From Promethearchaeota archaeon (GTDB lineage: Archaea > Asgardarchaeota > Lokiarchaeia > Sigyniarchaeales > SOKP01), in contig JAGXNO010000008.1 in assembly GCA_019894975.1 (NCBI GenBank), positions 28,898 through 92,897 on the forward strand: 64,000 bases of DNA. The letters run 5' to 3'. The notes under the pieces were generated by a model. The model was given only the letters and a program-made list of their open reading frames with translations. It made no database searches and had not been told where the DNA came from. The translations under genes and the position numbers were made by a program. This document shows, piece by piece, positions 18,620 to 28,794 of the stretch. Every line of letters begins with the position of its first letter. Position 1 is the first letter of the stretch.

Positions 18620-19345
18620 ATGTTTCAGCAAGCAGGACGTGGATATGATATGGCTATCACGCAGTTTTCACCTGAAGGACGACTTTTTCAAGTTGAGTAT
18701 GCAATAGAAGCTGTTCGAAGAGGTACTACTGCTGTTGTATGTAGGAATAAAAATTCTGTAGTATTTGCGGTTGAGAAGAAAAGTTCTGAACTTCAAGAAA
18801 TTAGTATGAGTTCAGAAAAAATATTTAAGATTGATAACCATATTGGAGTTGCAATAGCCGGTCTAACCGCAGATGCACGTGTGTTGATTGATAGGGCTCG
18901 TATTCAAGCTCAGGTAAATTTATTGAATTATGATGAAAAAATCTCTGTAAAGGATAGCACTTTAAATATTTGTGAATATAAGCAAGTATTCACCCAGAAC
19001 GCAGGTGTGAGACCTTTCGGCGTCTCTTTTCTAGTTGCTGGAATTGATTCGAATGGCCCCTCCTTGTTTCTAACCGATCCTAGTGGTGCATTTTGGGCTT
19101 ATAAAGCCTTCGCAATAGGATCTGGTGCCACTGAAGCAAGGGCTTACCTTGAAGAACATTATAAAGAAGATATGAGTGATGAGGAATTAAAATTATTACC
19201 CTTACGAGCTCTCAAGGAGATAATGGGTGATAATCTAAATAAAGACACATGTGATATAGCTTTTATATTGAAAGAAGATAAAACGTTTAAACTTCTAAGT
19301 TTAGATGAAGAGGAAGAGTTGTTAAATAAATTAGCAACTTCCTAA
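18620..19345 (+). CDS. psmA: proteasome subunit alpha
   Basis: GYDxAITxFSPEGRLFQVEYA, RPFGVS and TDPSG. Confidence 0.97.
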   Translation: MFQQAGRGYDMAITQFSPEGRLFQVEYAIEAVRRGTTAVVCRNKNSVVFAVEKKSSELQEISMSSEKIFKIDNHIGVAIAGLTADARVLIDRARIQAQVNLLNYDEKISVKDSTLNICEYKQVFTQNAGVRPFGVSFLVAGIDSNGPSLFLTDPSGAFWAYKAFAIGSGATEARAYLEEHYKEDMSDEELKLLPLRALKEIMGDNLNKDTCDIAFILKEDKTFKLLSLDEEEELLNKLATS

Positions 19346-19462
19346 AACCATATATATGAAATCAAGGTTACGGCCCATTATATTTATCAATTAACGCAAA
19401 GACAAAAGTTAGGAAAAAAAGAAATTAAGGTAAATTAAGTTACGTTACTGTGAGACTATATT

Positions 19463-20266
19463 ATGATCGATCGACCAACTGACCGAGCAAGAATTGATTT
19501 AGGGGGCTTTATAGTAGGACGAATTGAGAAATCTGGAAGACAATTCGAAATGCTTATGGATCCAGAAAAAGCTTGGGAAGCCAAGAAAACGATTAGAGAA
19601 GAAATTGATAACCGTCTCAAAGAAGGAGCAGAAAAATCGCGACTCACCGTAGACGATATTATTAATAGTAATAAAATAGATCTAGAGCTCATTTTTGAAA
19701 CATTTACAGTTTTTGAAGATTTGAGAAGAGGCAAAAAGGCGACAGACGGTGATATGGAAGCGGTTTTTGATACGACAGAAGGTATGAGAATAGCTGGACA
19801 CGTTCTACTTGAAGGAGAAATACACTGGACAAAAACGCAAAGAGAAGAGGAAAGAACAAAGAGATTAAAGCAAATAATAACTATTATCAGTAAAAATGCG
19901 ATTAATCCCCAGAATAAGAAACCACATCCTTCTCAGAGAATAGAGAAAGCAATTGAAGAAGCAAATGTTAAGATCGATTTAATGAGGAACGCTGAAGAAC
20001 AGGTTGACGATGTAGTAAAAAGTATTCGAGTTATCATTCCAATTCGTATGGAACAAGTAGAAATGGCAATAAAAATACCTTCGGCTTTTACAGCTAAAGG
20101 GTACAATATCGTAGCTCAACTTGCCCAAATCAAGAATGAAGAATGGCAATCTGATGGTTCTTGGGTGTCTGTTGTTAGTTTACCTGCAGGTTTACAAATG
20201 GAAATGATTGATAAATTGAATAAATTAACTCATGGAAGAGTTCAAACCAAACTTTTAAAATCCTAA
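19463..20266 (+). CDS. ribosome assembly factor SBDS/Sdo1
   Basis: GRQFE, INPQxxxPHPxxRIE, IPIR and EWQSDGSW; expected position in the exosome superoperon. Confidence 0.93.
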   Translation: MIDRPTDRARIDLGGFIVGRIEKSGRQFEMLMDPEKAWEAKKTIREEIDNRLKEGAEKSRLTVDDIINSNKIDLELIFETFTVFEDLRRGKKATDGDMEAVFDTTEGMRIAGHVLLEGEIHWTKTQREEERTKRLKQIITIISKNAINPQNKKPHPSQRIEKAIEEANVKIDLMRNAEEQVDDVVKSIRVIIPIRMEQVEMAIKIPSAFTAKGYNIVAQLAQIKNEEWQSDGSWVSVVSLPAGLQMEMIDKLNKLTHGRVQTKLLKS

Positions 20267-20356
20267 CCAGTATAATTTTAATTAATTCTGATTTATGTTA
20301 TTTTTTTGGCAATGGTTAGGTAATATAATAAAATTAATAAAAGAGTGTGAGTAATT

Positions 20357-21247
20357 TTGGAGAATGAAACAAATAATGAGAATTTCGACAATACCGAAGA
20401 GAGAGAAGAAAAAATTGATGGTGAGTTCGAAGATTTTGAAGATGTCGAAGATACAAGAGAAGTAGTTGTACCTGGAGAGGTATTGACTGAAGATACGAAG
20501 AATTTTCTGCCAGGACGAGGTACGATTTATAATAAGAAGAGGACGCAGATAATTTCTTTAAATATAGGATTAAAACAGATAAAAAAGAATTATATAAATG
20601 TGATCCCTCTTAGAGGTTTTTATACTCCTCGACCTGGAGATAAAGTTATAGCTCTTGTTGTTGATAAGAATCCTGTGAAATATAGATGTGATATTAATGC
20701 GAAAGATTTTGGTACATTGAAGCCAAAAAATACAATAAAAAGAGGAAGAATGGGATCATTCAGAGGCGGTGGTGATCGTGGTGGTAGTCGTGGTGGTGAT
20801 CGTGGTGGTAGTCGTGGTGGTGATCGTGGTGGCAGTCGTGGTGGAGGTTATTCTCGAGATGATAGCAACGCGGAAGTATTCGATATTGGGGATATCTTGA
20901 TTGTAAAGATTTTGTCAGCTGATCGTTTAAATAAACCTGAACTAACAACTGTAGGAAAATATTTGGGTAAAAGAAATAACGGTGTTGTAATTACAATTGA
21001 TCCCCCTAAAATTCCTCGCGTTATCGGTCGCGATGGCTCAATGATTAAAATGTTAAAAGACTTAACGAAGACTAATATTTTTGTAACTCAAAATGGACGC
21101 ATATGGATAAAAGGTGAAGATATCGCTCATGAACGGCTACTTATCGAATCAATACAAAAAATAGCGATGGAAGCACATACAGTAGGTTTAACTGACCGAA
21201 TGCAGGAATATGTAATTAAAGAAAAAAAAAAAAGAGGTATAGATTAA
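20357..21247 (+). CDS. rrp4: exosome RNA-binding subunit Rrp4 (S1+KH) with acidic N-terminal extension and RGG insert
   Basis: VVPGE, YxPxPGDxVI, KH motif PRVIGRDGSM, QNGRIW, EAHTxGLTDR. Confidence 0.95.
   Translation: MENETNNENFDNTEEREEKIDGEFEDFEDVEDTREVVVPGEVLTEDTKNFLPGRGTIYNKKRTQIISLNIGLKQIKKNYINVIPLRGFYTPRPGDKVIALVVDKNPVKYRCDINAKDFGTLKPKNTIKRGRMGSFRGGGDRGGSRGGDRGGSRGGDRGGSRGGGYSRDDSNAEVFDIGDILIVKILSADRLNKPELTTVGKYLGKRNNGVVITIDPPKIPRVIGRDGSMIKMLKDLTKTNIFVTQNGRIWIKGEDIAHERLLIESIQKIAMEAHTVGLTDRMQEYVIKEKKKRGID
20768..20848 (+). repeat. three tandem copies of a 24-bp unit GGTGGTGATCGTGGTGGTAGTCGT (GGDRGGSR) inside rrp4
   Basis: Copies at 20768, 20792 and 20816 (one synonymous change in the third), followed by GGTGGAGGT. 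Confidence 0.95.
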
Positions 21248-22003
21248 ATGCCATTGATTATTAAAGATGAGTATCCTGAAAAGTTATTCCGTGAAGACGG
21301 TAAGCGTCTTGATGGAAGGGATGCAAATGAAGTAAGACCAATTAAAATGGAAGTTGGAGTTATTAAGAGTGCTGATGGTTCTGCTTATTTAGAATGGGGT
21401 AATAATAAAATCTTTGCTGCGGTCTATGGGCCAAGAGAAGTTCATCCACATCATTTAGCAAAACCAGATCGAGGGATTCTAAGAGTATTTTATAGAATGG
21501 CTACTTATTCTGTTTTTGATAGAAAAAGACCAGCTCCCGGACGCAGAGAAAAAGAAATATCGATGATTGTATCAGATTGTTTAGAGCCAATCCTCTTTCT
21601 TGAACTGTATCCAGGTACGAGTTTTGAAGTTTTTATTGAGGTAATAGATGCAGATGGAGGTACTAGATGCGCTAGTACTACAGTAGCAGCTTTAGCCTTA
21701 GCAGATGCTGGAATTCCTATGAAAAGCTTAGTTTCTGCGATCGCAGTAGGTAAGATTGACGGTAAACTAGTGGTAGACCTTTCAGGGATTGAAGATAAAG
21801 CTGGTGATGCGGATTTACCGATTGCAATCACATGGTATAATGAAGAATTATCATTACTTCAATTTGATGGAGATATGACTTTAGATGAAATGAATGAATT
21901 TTTAGATATGGCAAAAGAGTCATTAGGTAAAGTCTATCAAATGCAATTAGAAGCTTTAAAAAGGAAATATATTACTCCAACAAACGAGGAGGGTGAAAAA
22001 TAA
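21248..22003 (+). CDS. rrp41: exosome catalytic subunit Rrp41
   Basis: RLDGR, ADGSAY, VYGPRE, RREKEIS, DGGTR and EDxxGDADLP. Confidence 0.97.
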   Translation: MPLIIKDEYPEKLFREDGKRLDGRDANEVRPIKMEVGVIKSADGSAYLEWGNNKIFAAVYGPREVHPHHLAKPDRGILRVFYRMATYSVFDRKRPAPGRREKEISMIVSDCLEPILFLELYPGTSFEVFIEVIDADGGTRCASTTVAALALADAGIPMKSLVSAIAVGKIDGKLVVDLSGIEDKAGDADLPIAITWYNEELSLLQFDGDMTLDEMNEFLDMAKESLGKVYQMQLEALKRKYITPTNEEGEK

Positions 22004-22005
22004 AG

Positions 22006-22833
22006 ATGATGGACGTAAAAAGAATAATTTCACGCATAGAAAAAAATTACATTTTATCAAACTTGAAAAAAGAAGAGCGTGTTGACGGTAGAGGTTTATG
22101 GGATTATCGAGATTTTAGTATAACAAGTGACGTTGTTGCATCAGCCGAAGGTTCTGCCGATGTATCATTAGGAGACACAAGGTTAATTACAGGATTAAAA
22201 TATGATATCGGACCCCCTTTTGATGATTTACCCGATGAAGGAGTCTGCACTGTTATGGCAGAGCTACTTCCGTTAGCATCTCCTTTGTTTGAAAGAGGTC
22301 CTCCCGATGAACAATCTATCGAATTAGCGAGAGTCGTAGATCGTGGAATTAGACATGCAGATTGCATTCAAACCAAGAAACTATGTATTAAAGAAAAAGA
22401 AGCAGTCTATATTCTATTCGTTGATATGTATGTTATAAACCATGATGGTAATTTGATTGATGCCGGGGGAGTAAGTGCTTTAACCACTTTACTTTCAGCA
22501 CATCTTCCTGAAGGGAGAATTGGAGATAATGGTCTTGAATGGACAGGAAAATATTTGACAGGAGACGATTTAATCAAAGAATTGCCGTTTGTTATAACTT
22601 ATGGAAAAATTGATGATATTATTTTCTTAGATCCTAATTTACCCGAAGAATTAATCTGTGAAGGTAAAATCTCAATCTCAGTGACAGAGAAAAATATTAC
22701 ATCTATTCAAAAAAGTGGAGCGGCTACATTTTCGATTGACGATATTAAAATGTTAGGAAAGAAATCTTTAGAAATTGGTCAAAAACTAAGAAAAGAGTTA
22801 AATCTTTTGCAGTATAAAAGTTCAAATAAATAA
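22006..22833 (+). CDS. rrp42: exosome subunit Rrp42
   Basis: RVDGR, AEGSA, ELARVVDRGIR, HDGNLIDA, DPxxxEE and IQKSG. Confidence 0.96.
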   Translation: MMDVKRIISRIEKNYILSNLKKEERVDGRGLWDYRDFSITSDVVASAEGSADVSLGDTRLITGLKYDIGPPFDDLPDEGVCTVMAELLPLASPLFERGPPDEQSIELARVVDRGIRHADCIQTKKLCIKEKEAVYILFVDMYVINHDGNLIDAGGVSALTTLLSAHLPEGRIGDNGLEWTGKYLTGDDLIKELPFVITYGKIDDIIFLDPNLPEELICEGKISISVTEKNITSIQKSGAATFSIDDIKMLGKKSLEIGQKLRKELNLLQYKSSNK

Positions 22834-23020
22834 ATTTTTTTAAATCATTTTTTATTATTTTGTTTAGGTTTTCTTATTATAAACAGATAATTTCTTTTGT
22901 AATTTCACTCTAGTAAAAATGAAAAATCCAATGTAATTTTCTATCGCTATTTAGAAAAATTTATAGTTTATCCTAAGTTTTAATATATCATCAATTATTA
23001 AAAACTATTTTTGAGATAAA

Positions 23021-23302
23021 ATGGGAAAGCGAACTGGAATTACCGGTAAATACGGTGCTCGTTATGGGAGCACATTACGTAAAAGAACTCGTTTAATTTT
23101 GGAAAAAATGAAAGGAGACGCGAAATGCCCTAGGTGTGAAACTAGAGGATCTATACATAGGATATCAACGGGGATTTGGCATTGTAAAAAATGTGATGCT
23201 CGTTTTACTGGAGGGGCGTATTTTCTTGAAACTCCTAGGGGAGCTGAATCCTTCCGGATTGCAAAACGTAAGCAAAGAGAAGTTGAAACAGTTGAAGAAT
23301 AA
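23021..23302 (+). CDS. rpl37ae: 50S ribosomal protein L37Ae (eL43)
   Basis: GKYGARYG, CPRC, GIWxCxKC and FTGGAY. Confidence 0.96.
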   Translation: MGKRTGITGKYGARYGSTLRKRTRLILEKMKGDAKCPRCETRGSIHRISTGIWHCKKCDARFTGGAYFLETPRGAESFRIAKRKQREVETVEE

Positions 23303-23574
23303 TGAACCAAACAACTCTTTTTACTATTGAATCAACTATAGAATTACTTTTTGAGAATTCTCACCTGAGAGATATTTCGTATAACTCTTTTATCCCTGAA
23401 ATTAAAAAGCTGCAAACAAATAGATCAAAGATTTTTGTTGAGAAAAAAAATCAACATCAACTAGTCTTTCAGATTGAAAGTAATGATATCACCGCTTTTC
23501 GAGCCTCTATGAATGAAATTGTTAGTTTTGGTAAAATAATTGAAAATACTGTACAACTACATAAAATTTCTTAA
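23302..23574 (+). CDS. pcc1: KEOPS complex subunit Pcc1
   Basis: PE...RS, IESNDITAFRASMN motif; superoperon position. Confidence 0.85.
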   Translation: MNQTTLFTIESTIELLFENSHLRDISYNSFIPEIKKLQTNRSKIFVEKKNQHQLVFQIESNDITAFRASMNEIVSFGKIIENTVQLHKIS

Positions 23575-23638
23575 AATAATATAAAATTATAATAATTCAA
23601 TTAAAAAATAAATTATAGAAAAGGAAGAAGGTCGAAGA

Positions 23639-24001
23639 ATGTCAATTAATTTAAATAATCTTGATGAAGAACAAAGAAATAAAATTCAAAACCTTGCAAA
23701 TTTACAGCAAACCTATGAAATAATAAATACTCAAAGAAATCAGATGGAGTCTCATTTAAGAGAAACAGAGTTTGCTATTGAAGAATTGGAAAAAACTAGC
23801 GAAGAAAATGCCGTTTATAAATCAATAGGAGGAATCTTAGTAAAAAGTGAGCGAAATAAACTGCTTGATGAGAAAAAAAGTTTAAAAGTTACTCTCGAAA
23901 TGAGATTGAAAACATTAGATCAGAAGAAATCAAGATTAGAAAATCAAATTACTACATTAAGTACTTCAATTCAAGAGGATCTCAAAAATCAAAATATCTA
24001 G
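23639..24001 (+). CDS. pfdB: prefoldin subunit beta
   Basis: Coiled coils flanking a VYKSIGGILV hairpin. Confidence 0.92.
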   Translation: MSINLNNLDEEQRNKIQNLANLQQTYEIINTQRNQMESHLRETEFAIEELEKTSEENAVYKSIGGILVKSERNKLLDEKKSLKVTLEMRLKTLDQKKSRLENQITTLSTSIQEDLKNQNI

Positions 24002-24009
24002 ACGAATTC

Positions 24010-25014
24010 ATGTTATATTCTAAATATGAAGATTTTTTATCTTTTTTACAGTATAAAAAGATTCTTATCACCACTCATGATTTAGTCGATATTGATGGAT
24101 TTGCTTCATGTTTTGCTCTAAAATTCTTTTTATGTGAACGTTTTAACAAATCACCCTCAATCTTTTTTTCAGAACTCTCAAAAGCAACTAAAAATTTTAT
24201 GAATAAGTTTTTAATTAAATTTCCAGAATTTAAATTCGATTATGAAACTGAGGTAAATCTTGCCAACTATGATGTATGCTTAATAATTGATACAAATGAT
24301 TTGAGTCAAATACATTTTAATAGTAGTAAAAGCTCTAAATTAGATATACCATATATCTTAATTGATCATCACCATTATGGCAAAACTGAGCTTGAAAACC
24401 GCAATATTTCTTCATTAAATTTAATAAATGACGATATTTCTTCATCAGCAGAAATAATTTTAGACTTAATTGAATCTCAAAACCAAGATTTGCCAACTAG
24501 ATACAGATATCTGATGGCTGCTGCTATTTTAGTAGATTCAGGATTCTTTAGATATGGAAATAATGGTACGATTAGAAAATTTAGTAGATTACTAGATGAA
24601 AAGGTAAACTACCAACATCTTCTAAATATGTTGCAAAATGAAACGGACATCTCCGAGAAAATCGCCAAAATTAAAGGCTTACAGAGAGTAGAGTTAATAC
24701 GTAAAGGAGATTATTTAATTGGAGTCAGCAATGTAAGTAGTTTTGGTGCCAATGTTGCTTCGATGTTGATAAAAAATGGTTTTGATGTAGGGATTGTCTA
24801 TTCTGTGGAAAAAAATAGGAAGAATATTAATAGTAGAGCAAAAAAAAGCGTCTGTTTAAATACAGGATTACATTTAGGTAAAATTTTAGAAGAATTATCA
24901 AAATACGCTGACGGAAGTGGTGGAGGTCATGATGGAGCAGCTTCTATAGCATTTAATGCTGAGTTAAAACAGGTTCTTTCTAAGTTTATCGAGAAAATAA
25001 AACATTTTTTATAA
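24010..25014 (+). CDS. DHH-family phosphoesterase (NrnA-like, with DHHA1 domain)
   Basis: HxxxDxDG, IIDT, IDHH, DSGxF and GGGHxxAA. Confidence 0.9.
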   Translation: MLYSKYEDFLSFLQYKKILITTHDLVDIDGFASCFALKFFLCERFNKSPSIFFSELSKATKNFMNKFLIKFPEFKFDYETEVNLANYDVCLIIDTNDLSQIHFNSSKSSKLDIPYILIDHHHYGKTELENRNISSLNLINDDISSSAEIILDLIESQNQDLPTRYRYLMAAAILVDSGFFRYGNNGTIRKFSRLLDEKVNYQHLLNMLQNETDISEKIAKIKGLQRVELIRKGDYLIGVSNVSSFGANVASMLIKNGFDVGIVYSVEKNRKNINSRAKKSVCLNTGLHLGKILEELSKYADGSGGGHDGAASIAFNAELKQVLSKFIEKIKHFL

Positions 25015-25077
25015 TCTAAATTTTAAATAATTAAACATTATTATACTTCAAAACTGAATGTAGGATTCAAAATAAGA

Positions 25078-25923
25078 ATGGATTTAGTAAGGTTTGAAGG
25101 TTTTTCTTTTCGTTATAAAGGAAATGAAGTTTATGCTTTAGATAACATTAATTTAAGGATAGAAGAAAATAAATTTATTTTATTGTGCGGAGAAACAGGT
25201 TCAGGAAAAACTACGTTAATTAGATGTATGAATGGATTAATTCCTCAATTTTATTCGGGTTTTTATAAAGGTAAAGTTTATGTGCATGGAATGGACACGA
25301 CAAATACATCAATAGCAAATTTATCTACTGAAGTTGGAATAGTTTTCCAAAATCCAGAGAATCAGTTAATTGCAATGAATGTAGAGCATGAGATTGCGTT
25401 TGGATTAGAAAATCTAGGAGTTCCACCAAAAGAAATATCAAAAAGAATACAAGAAAGTGCTTCACTAACCGAAATTGAACATATTTTAGATAAAGCACCC
25501 TTTGAATTAAGTGGGGGGGAACAACAACGAGTTGCTATTGCTTCAATCTTAGTTTTAAAACCCAAATTTCTCATTTTGGATGAACCTACAGCATTATTAG
25601 ATCCTTATATGGCTAAGAAAATTATAACATTATTGAAGGAAATACAACTAGATAGAAATCTTTCGATTATGATAAGTGAACATCGATTAGATCTAGTCAT
25701 CCCTTTTGCAGAAGAGATAGTCTTAATGAAAGATGGGAGAATTATAGAACATGATTCTCGTGATAACGTTCTCAACGGATTAAAATTTCAAAACTTAAAG
25801 TTAAACAAACCCGTATTATATACAATATTTAATGAACTTAGGAAAAGAAACTTGATTAAGGGAAATATACCTGCTTCGATTCCTGCTGCTTTAGATTTGA
25901 TTAAAAAATTCCAACACGAATAA
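25078..25923 (+). CDS. ECF transporter ATPase (EcfA1)
   Basis: GETGSGKT, FQNPENQL, LSGGEQQR and LDEPT. Confidence 0.92.
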   Translation: MDLVRFEGFSFRYKGNEVYALDNINLRIEENKFILLCGETGSGKTTLIRCMNGLIPQFYSGFYKGKVYVHGMDTTNTSIANLSTEVGIVFQNPENQLIAMNVEHEIAFGLENLGVPPKEISKRIQESASLTEIEHILDKAPFELSGGEQQRVAIASILVLKPKFLILDEPTALLDPYMAKKIITLLKEIQLDRNLSIMISEHRLDLVIPFAEEIVLMKDGRIIEHDSRDNVLNGLKFQNLKLNKPVLYTIFNELRKRNLIKGNIPASIPAALDLIKKFQHE

Positions 25924-25933
25924 GGTTGCTTAT

Positions 25934-26797
25934 ATGATGAAAGAATTACCATTAATTATTATAGATGGTGTTGATTACATTTATCCAAATGGTACTGCTG
26001 CTTTAAAAAATATTAGTTTAACTATCCATAAGGGGGAGATGATAGCAATTATGGGTAAAAATGGAGCAGGTAAGACAACTCTAATCCGAACTTTGAATGG
26101 TTTAATTAGACCGACAGCAGGTGATATTTTTATCAATTATGAAAATATTAATATGAAAAGTATAGCAGAATTATCGCAGAGGGTCGGTTTAATTTTTCAA
26201 AATCCCTCTCATCAATTATTTGCTAATTCTGTAGAAGAAGAAATTAAGTTTTCCTTAAAAAACTTATATCAAGACAATGAAGAACTTCAATTAAAGACAG
26301 ATTATGTCTTAAAGAGTTTTAATCTTGAAAAATATCGAGAGAGATCTCCCTTAAACTTATCGGGAGGGGAATCAAAAAAGTTAGCCATTGCTTCTATTAT
26401 GTGCAGAGATCCGGAGGTTCTAGTATTTGATGAGCCTACTCTAGGTCAGGACGCTAATGAGATTGAATCATTCATTAAATTAATTGATAAAGAAAAGAAA
26501 AAAGAAAAAACTGTAATAATAATAACCCATAATGTTGAATTTGCATTTGAATTTATCCCTAGAACAATTTTAATGGCAGAAGGACAAATTATTGCTGATG
26601 GTCCTACTCTAAATATTTTAAGTAGTAATTTTTTAACAGAAAGATCATCATTAGTCCTTCCCCAAACTCGGCAATTATCTTTAGCATTATCCAAGGCAGG
26701 ATTCCAAGAACTCACCAATATAACTTCAAGACATGAAATCACAGAATATCTAATGAAAATTTTGGAGAATAAAATTACTTCAATCAAGGAGGAGTAA
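25934..26797 (+). CDS. ECF transporter ATPase (EcfA2)
   Basis: GKNGAGKT, FQNPSHQLF, LSGGE and FDEPTLGQD. Confidence 0.92.
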   Translation: MMKELPLIIIDGVDYIYPNGTAALKNISLTIHKGEMIAIMGKNGAGKTTLIRTLNGLIRPTAGDIFINYENINMKSIAELSQRVGLIFQNPSHQLFANSVEEEIKFSLKNLYQDNEELQLKTDYVLKSFNLEKYRERSPLNLSGGESKKLAIASIMCRDPEVLVFDEPTLGQDANEIESFIKLIDKEKKKEKTVIIITHNVEFAFEFIPRTILMAEGQIIADGPTLNILSSNFLTERSSLVLPQTRQLSLALSKAGFQELTNITSRHEITEYLMKILENKITSIKEE

Positions 26798-26803
26798 AAT
26801 TAA

Positions 26804-27571
26804 ATGTCTTTAGAATTTCTCAATGCTTTTAAATTTATGAAAAAAGAATCTTTTCTACATAATCTAGATCCAAGAACCAAGTTAGTACTTGCATTGATTT
26901 ATACGATAGGTGCATTACTATACAATCAAATTATGCCATTACTCTTTATTTTCTTGAGTTTACTTCCAATAGTTGTATTTGGTAAAATTTTAAAACAATG
27001 GGTAAAGAGCATTCGTGGTTTATCATTCTTAGTAATTTTTATCATAATATTAAACACTTTATTCATTTCATTATCATTTGCTATAGCAATGGTATTGAGA
27101 ATTTGTATAATGGTTTCAGCTTTTTCAATCTTTTTTTTAACTGTAGATCCAAATGACTTAGCCCTTTCTTTGATCTCTATGAAGGTTCCTTATGAATTTG
27201 CTTTTTCCTTCTCATTAGCATTTAGGTTCGTACCAACAATTGCTACTGAAGCCCAAAATATAATGGATGCTCAACAAAGTAGAGGTTACGAGATGCAAAA
27301 AAAAGGAATCATTAGTCAAATTAAAAACCTCTTTCCTTTATTAATCCCATTAATCATATGTTCAATAAAGAGAGCCTTTAATGTAGCAGAAGCTTTAGAA
27401 TCAAGAGCCTTTGGAAGCAATAAAGAACGTTCATATTATTATACCATCAAATTCTCAAAAAAAGATTGGATTTTTACGATTTATCTAATTTTATTTCTTA
27501 TAACACTAATCTTGATAAGAATTCAATTCAATTCAATGCCAGATTGGTTTTTATGGAGACTCCCAGTATGA
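26804..27571 (+). CDS. ECF transporter transmembrane component EcfT
   Basis: LDPRTK, AFRFVP, AQQSRG and ALESRAF (two ARG-type motifs). Confidence 0.92.
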   Translation: MSLEFLNAFKFMKKESFLHNLDPRTKLVLALIYTIGALLYNQIMPLLFIFLSLLPIVVFGKILKQWVKSIRGLSFLVIFIIILNTLFISLSFAIAMVLRICIMVSAFSIFFLTVDPNDLALSLISMKVPYEFAFSFSLAFRFVPTIATEAQNIMDAQQSRGYEMQKKGIISQIKNLFPLLIPLIICSIKRAFNVAEALESRAFGSNKERSYYYTIKFSKKDWIFTIYLILFLITLILIRIQFNSMPDWFLWRLPV

Positions 27572-28257
27572 TTACAAGAGAATTCTATATTAAACAATTG
27601 GAACTAAGATATTTTGTGGCTATAAATCAATTTAACCTTGATTTAAATCATCTATTAGAAAGAAATAAAATAACTAGTGAAGAAAAAGTTTTAGATCATC
27701 TATTTAAAACATTACAAGAAATCCAAGATAACAATAAAGAATCAGTAATACAGATAATCTGTGATAAATTTATTCTAAACCAGGATCATATTTATATTGC
27801 CTGTTATTATATGCAAAAAGCATTTTTTCGTAAAACAAATATATCTAATACGAAAAACATTGAACTAATGCTCTATTTATCAACTTATAGGCAAATTAGC
27901 AAAGCTATTGAAACCGTTGGTATTAATTCCCATGATCTAAAAGCAGGAAATATAATAATCTGTATCATCTCTCCAATTGATAATACCCCCAAAATTAACG
28001 AGGAGATCTTACAGATTCTTAATGCCAATGAGACGGAGTTAACACTAAATAACATGACGAGTGAAAAAATTAAAAAAATCATTGAGAACTATAACATTTT
28101 AGATTCTCAAATAAAACCGGTTTTAAACTCATATCTTAACAAAGAAAAGAGTAAAAATGATGTAGATAATGAAGTAGAAATCTTATCTTCTGCTGTGTTT
28201 GATTTAATTTGCGAAAAAATGGCACTTCTGAATTTAGAAAAAATAAAGTCGCGTTAA
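27568..28257 (+). CDS. cgi121: KEOPS complex subunit Cgi121 (long form); start re-placed at the ATGA overlap with ecfT
   Basis: HIxxA, ELMLYLSxxRQISKAIxxxG and C-terminal EKMALL; ATG at 27568 overlaps the ecfT TGA. Confidence 0.82.
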   Translation: MITREFYIKQLELRYFVAINQFNLDLNHLLERNKITSEEKVLDHLFKTLQEIQDNNKESVIQIICDKFILNQDHIYIACYYMQKAFFRKTNISNTKNIELMLYLSTYRQISKAIETVGINSHDLKAGNIIICIISPIDNTPKINEEILQILNANETELTLNNMTSEKIKKIIENYNILDSQIKPVLNSYLNKEKSKNDVDNEVEILSSAVFDLICEKMALLNLEKIKSR

Positions 28258-28268
28258 TGTTCTTTTTT

Positions 28269-28784
28269 TTAATTTCCTAATCGAATAGTATCATTTGGAG
28301 CAAGAAAAGAAATACCGCAATAATTTCCTAATACCTCAATCCTAATAACTATATCAGGGTTTTCAAGATCGACTTTATAATCTAGGCCACTTGCGATCCG
28401 ATCAATTAAGTTATCTCTTTCTATGCCTTCATGCCTTCTTCTTTTTAGCACTATTTTAAAAGAATCTCCTTCATTCATAAATTTCTTATGATTTTCATGT
28501 ATTAGATTAGACATTACTTTAATTTTGGTTTCACAAATATAATCAATCGGGATAATTTTTAGGATAAACTGAAAAAAATTGGGATTTTTTTTCAATATTT
28601 GTTGAATCTTATGGATTATTTTTTTAGCCTCTATATTACTTAAAGCACCAATTAACCCAGAAAACGATAACTTGGAAATAATTGGATAGTTATCACCACA
28701 CATTAATAGAGTAAACCACAACTCTGTGGAAGCATTCGTTTCATTAAATCGAGAAGTCGAAATTAATAAATTTAAGTTTTTCGT
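28269..28784 (-). CDS. THUMP-domain RNA-binding protein (Tan1-like); true start probably ACG at 28784 rather than TTG at 28721
   Basis: ILKIIPID, SFKIxLxRR and KVDLENPDxVIRIEVLG; frame open upstream (NLLISTSRFNE). Confidence 0.82.
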   Translation of the reverse strand, partial: TKNLNLLISTSRFNETNASTELWFTLLMCGDNYPIISKLSFSGLIGALSNIEAKKIIHKIQQILKKNPNFFQFILKIIPIDYICETKIKVMSNLIHENHKKFMNEGDSFKIVLKRRRHEGIERDNLIDRIASGLDYKVDLENPDIVIRIEVLGNYCGISFLAPNDTIRLGN

Positions 28785-28794
28785 GTGATCACCT

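Noticed and set aside
20768-20848. Tandem repeat considered as a CRISPR array
   Set aside because: No spacers, in-frame coding sequence, and no cas genes; no CRISPR array was seen anywhere in the window
20760-20948. His-rich ORF (HHDYHHDHH...) on the minus strand resembling a metal-binding peptide
   Set aside because: It is the antisense reading of the GGT/CGT repeat inside rrp4
27466-27567. N-terminal extension of Cgi121 given in the ORF track
   Set aside because: It overlaps ecfT; the ATGA overlap at 27568 is the more plausible start
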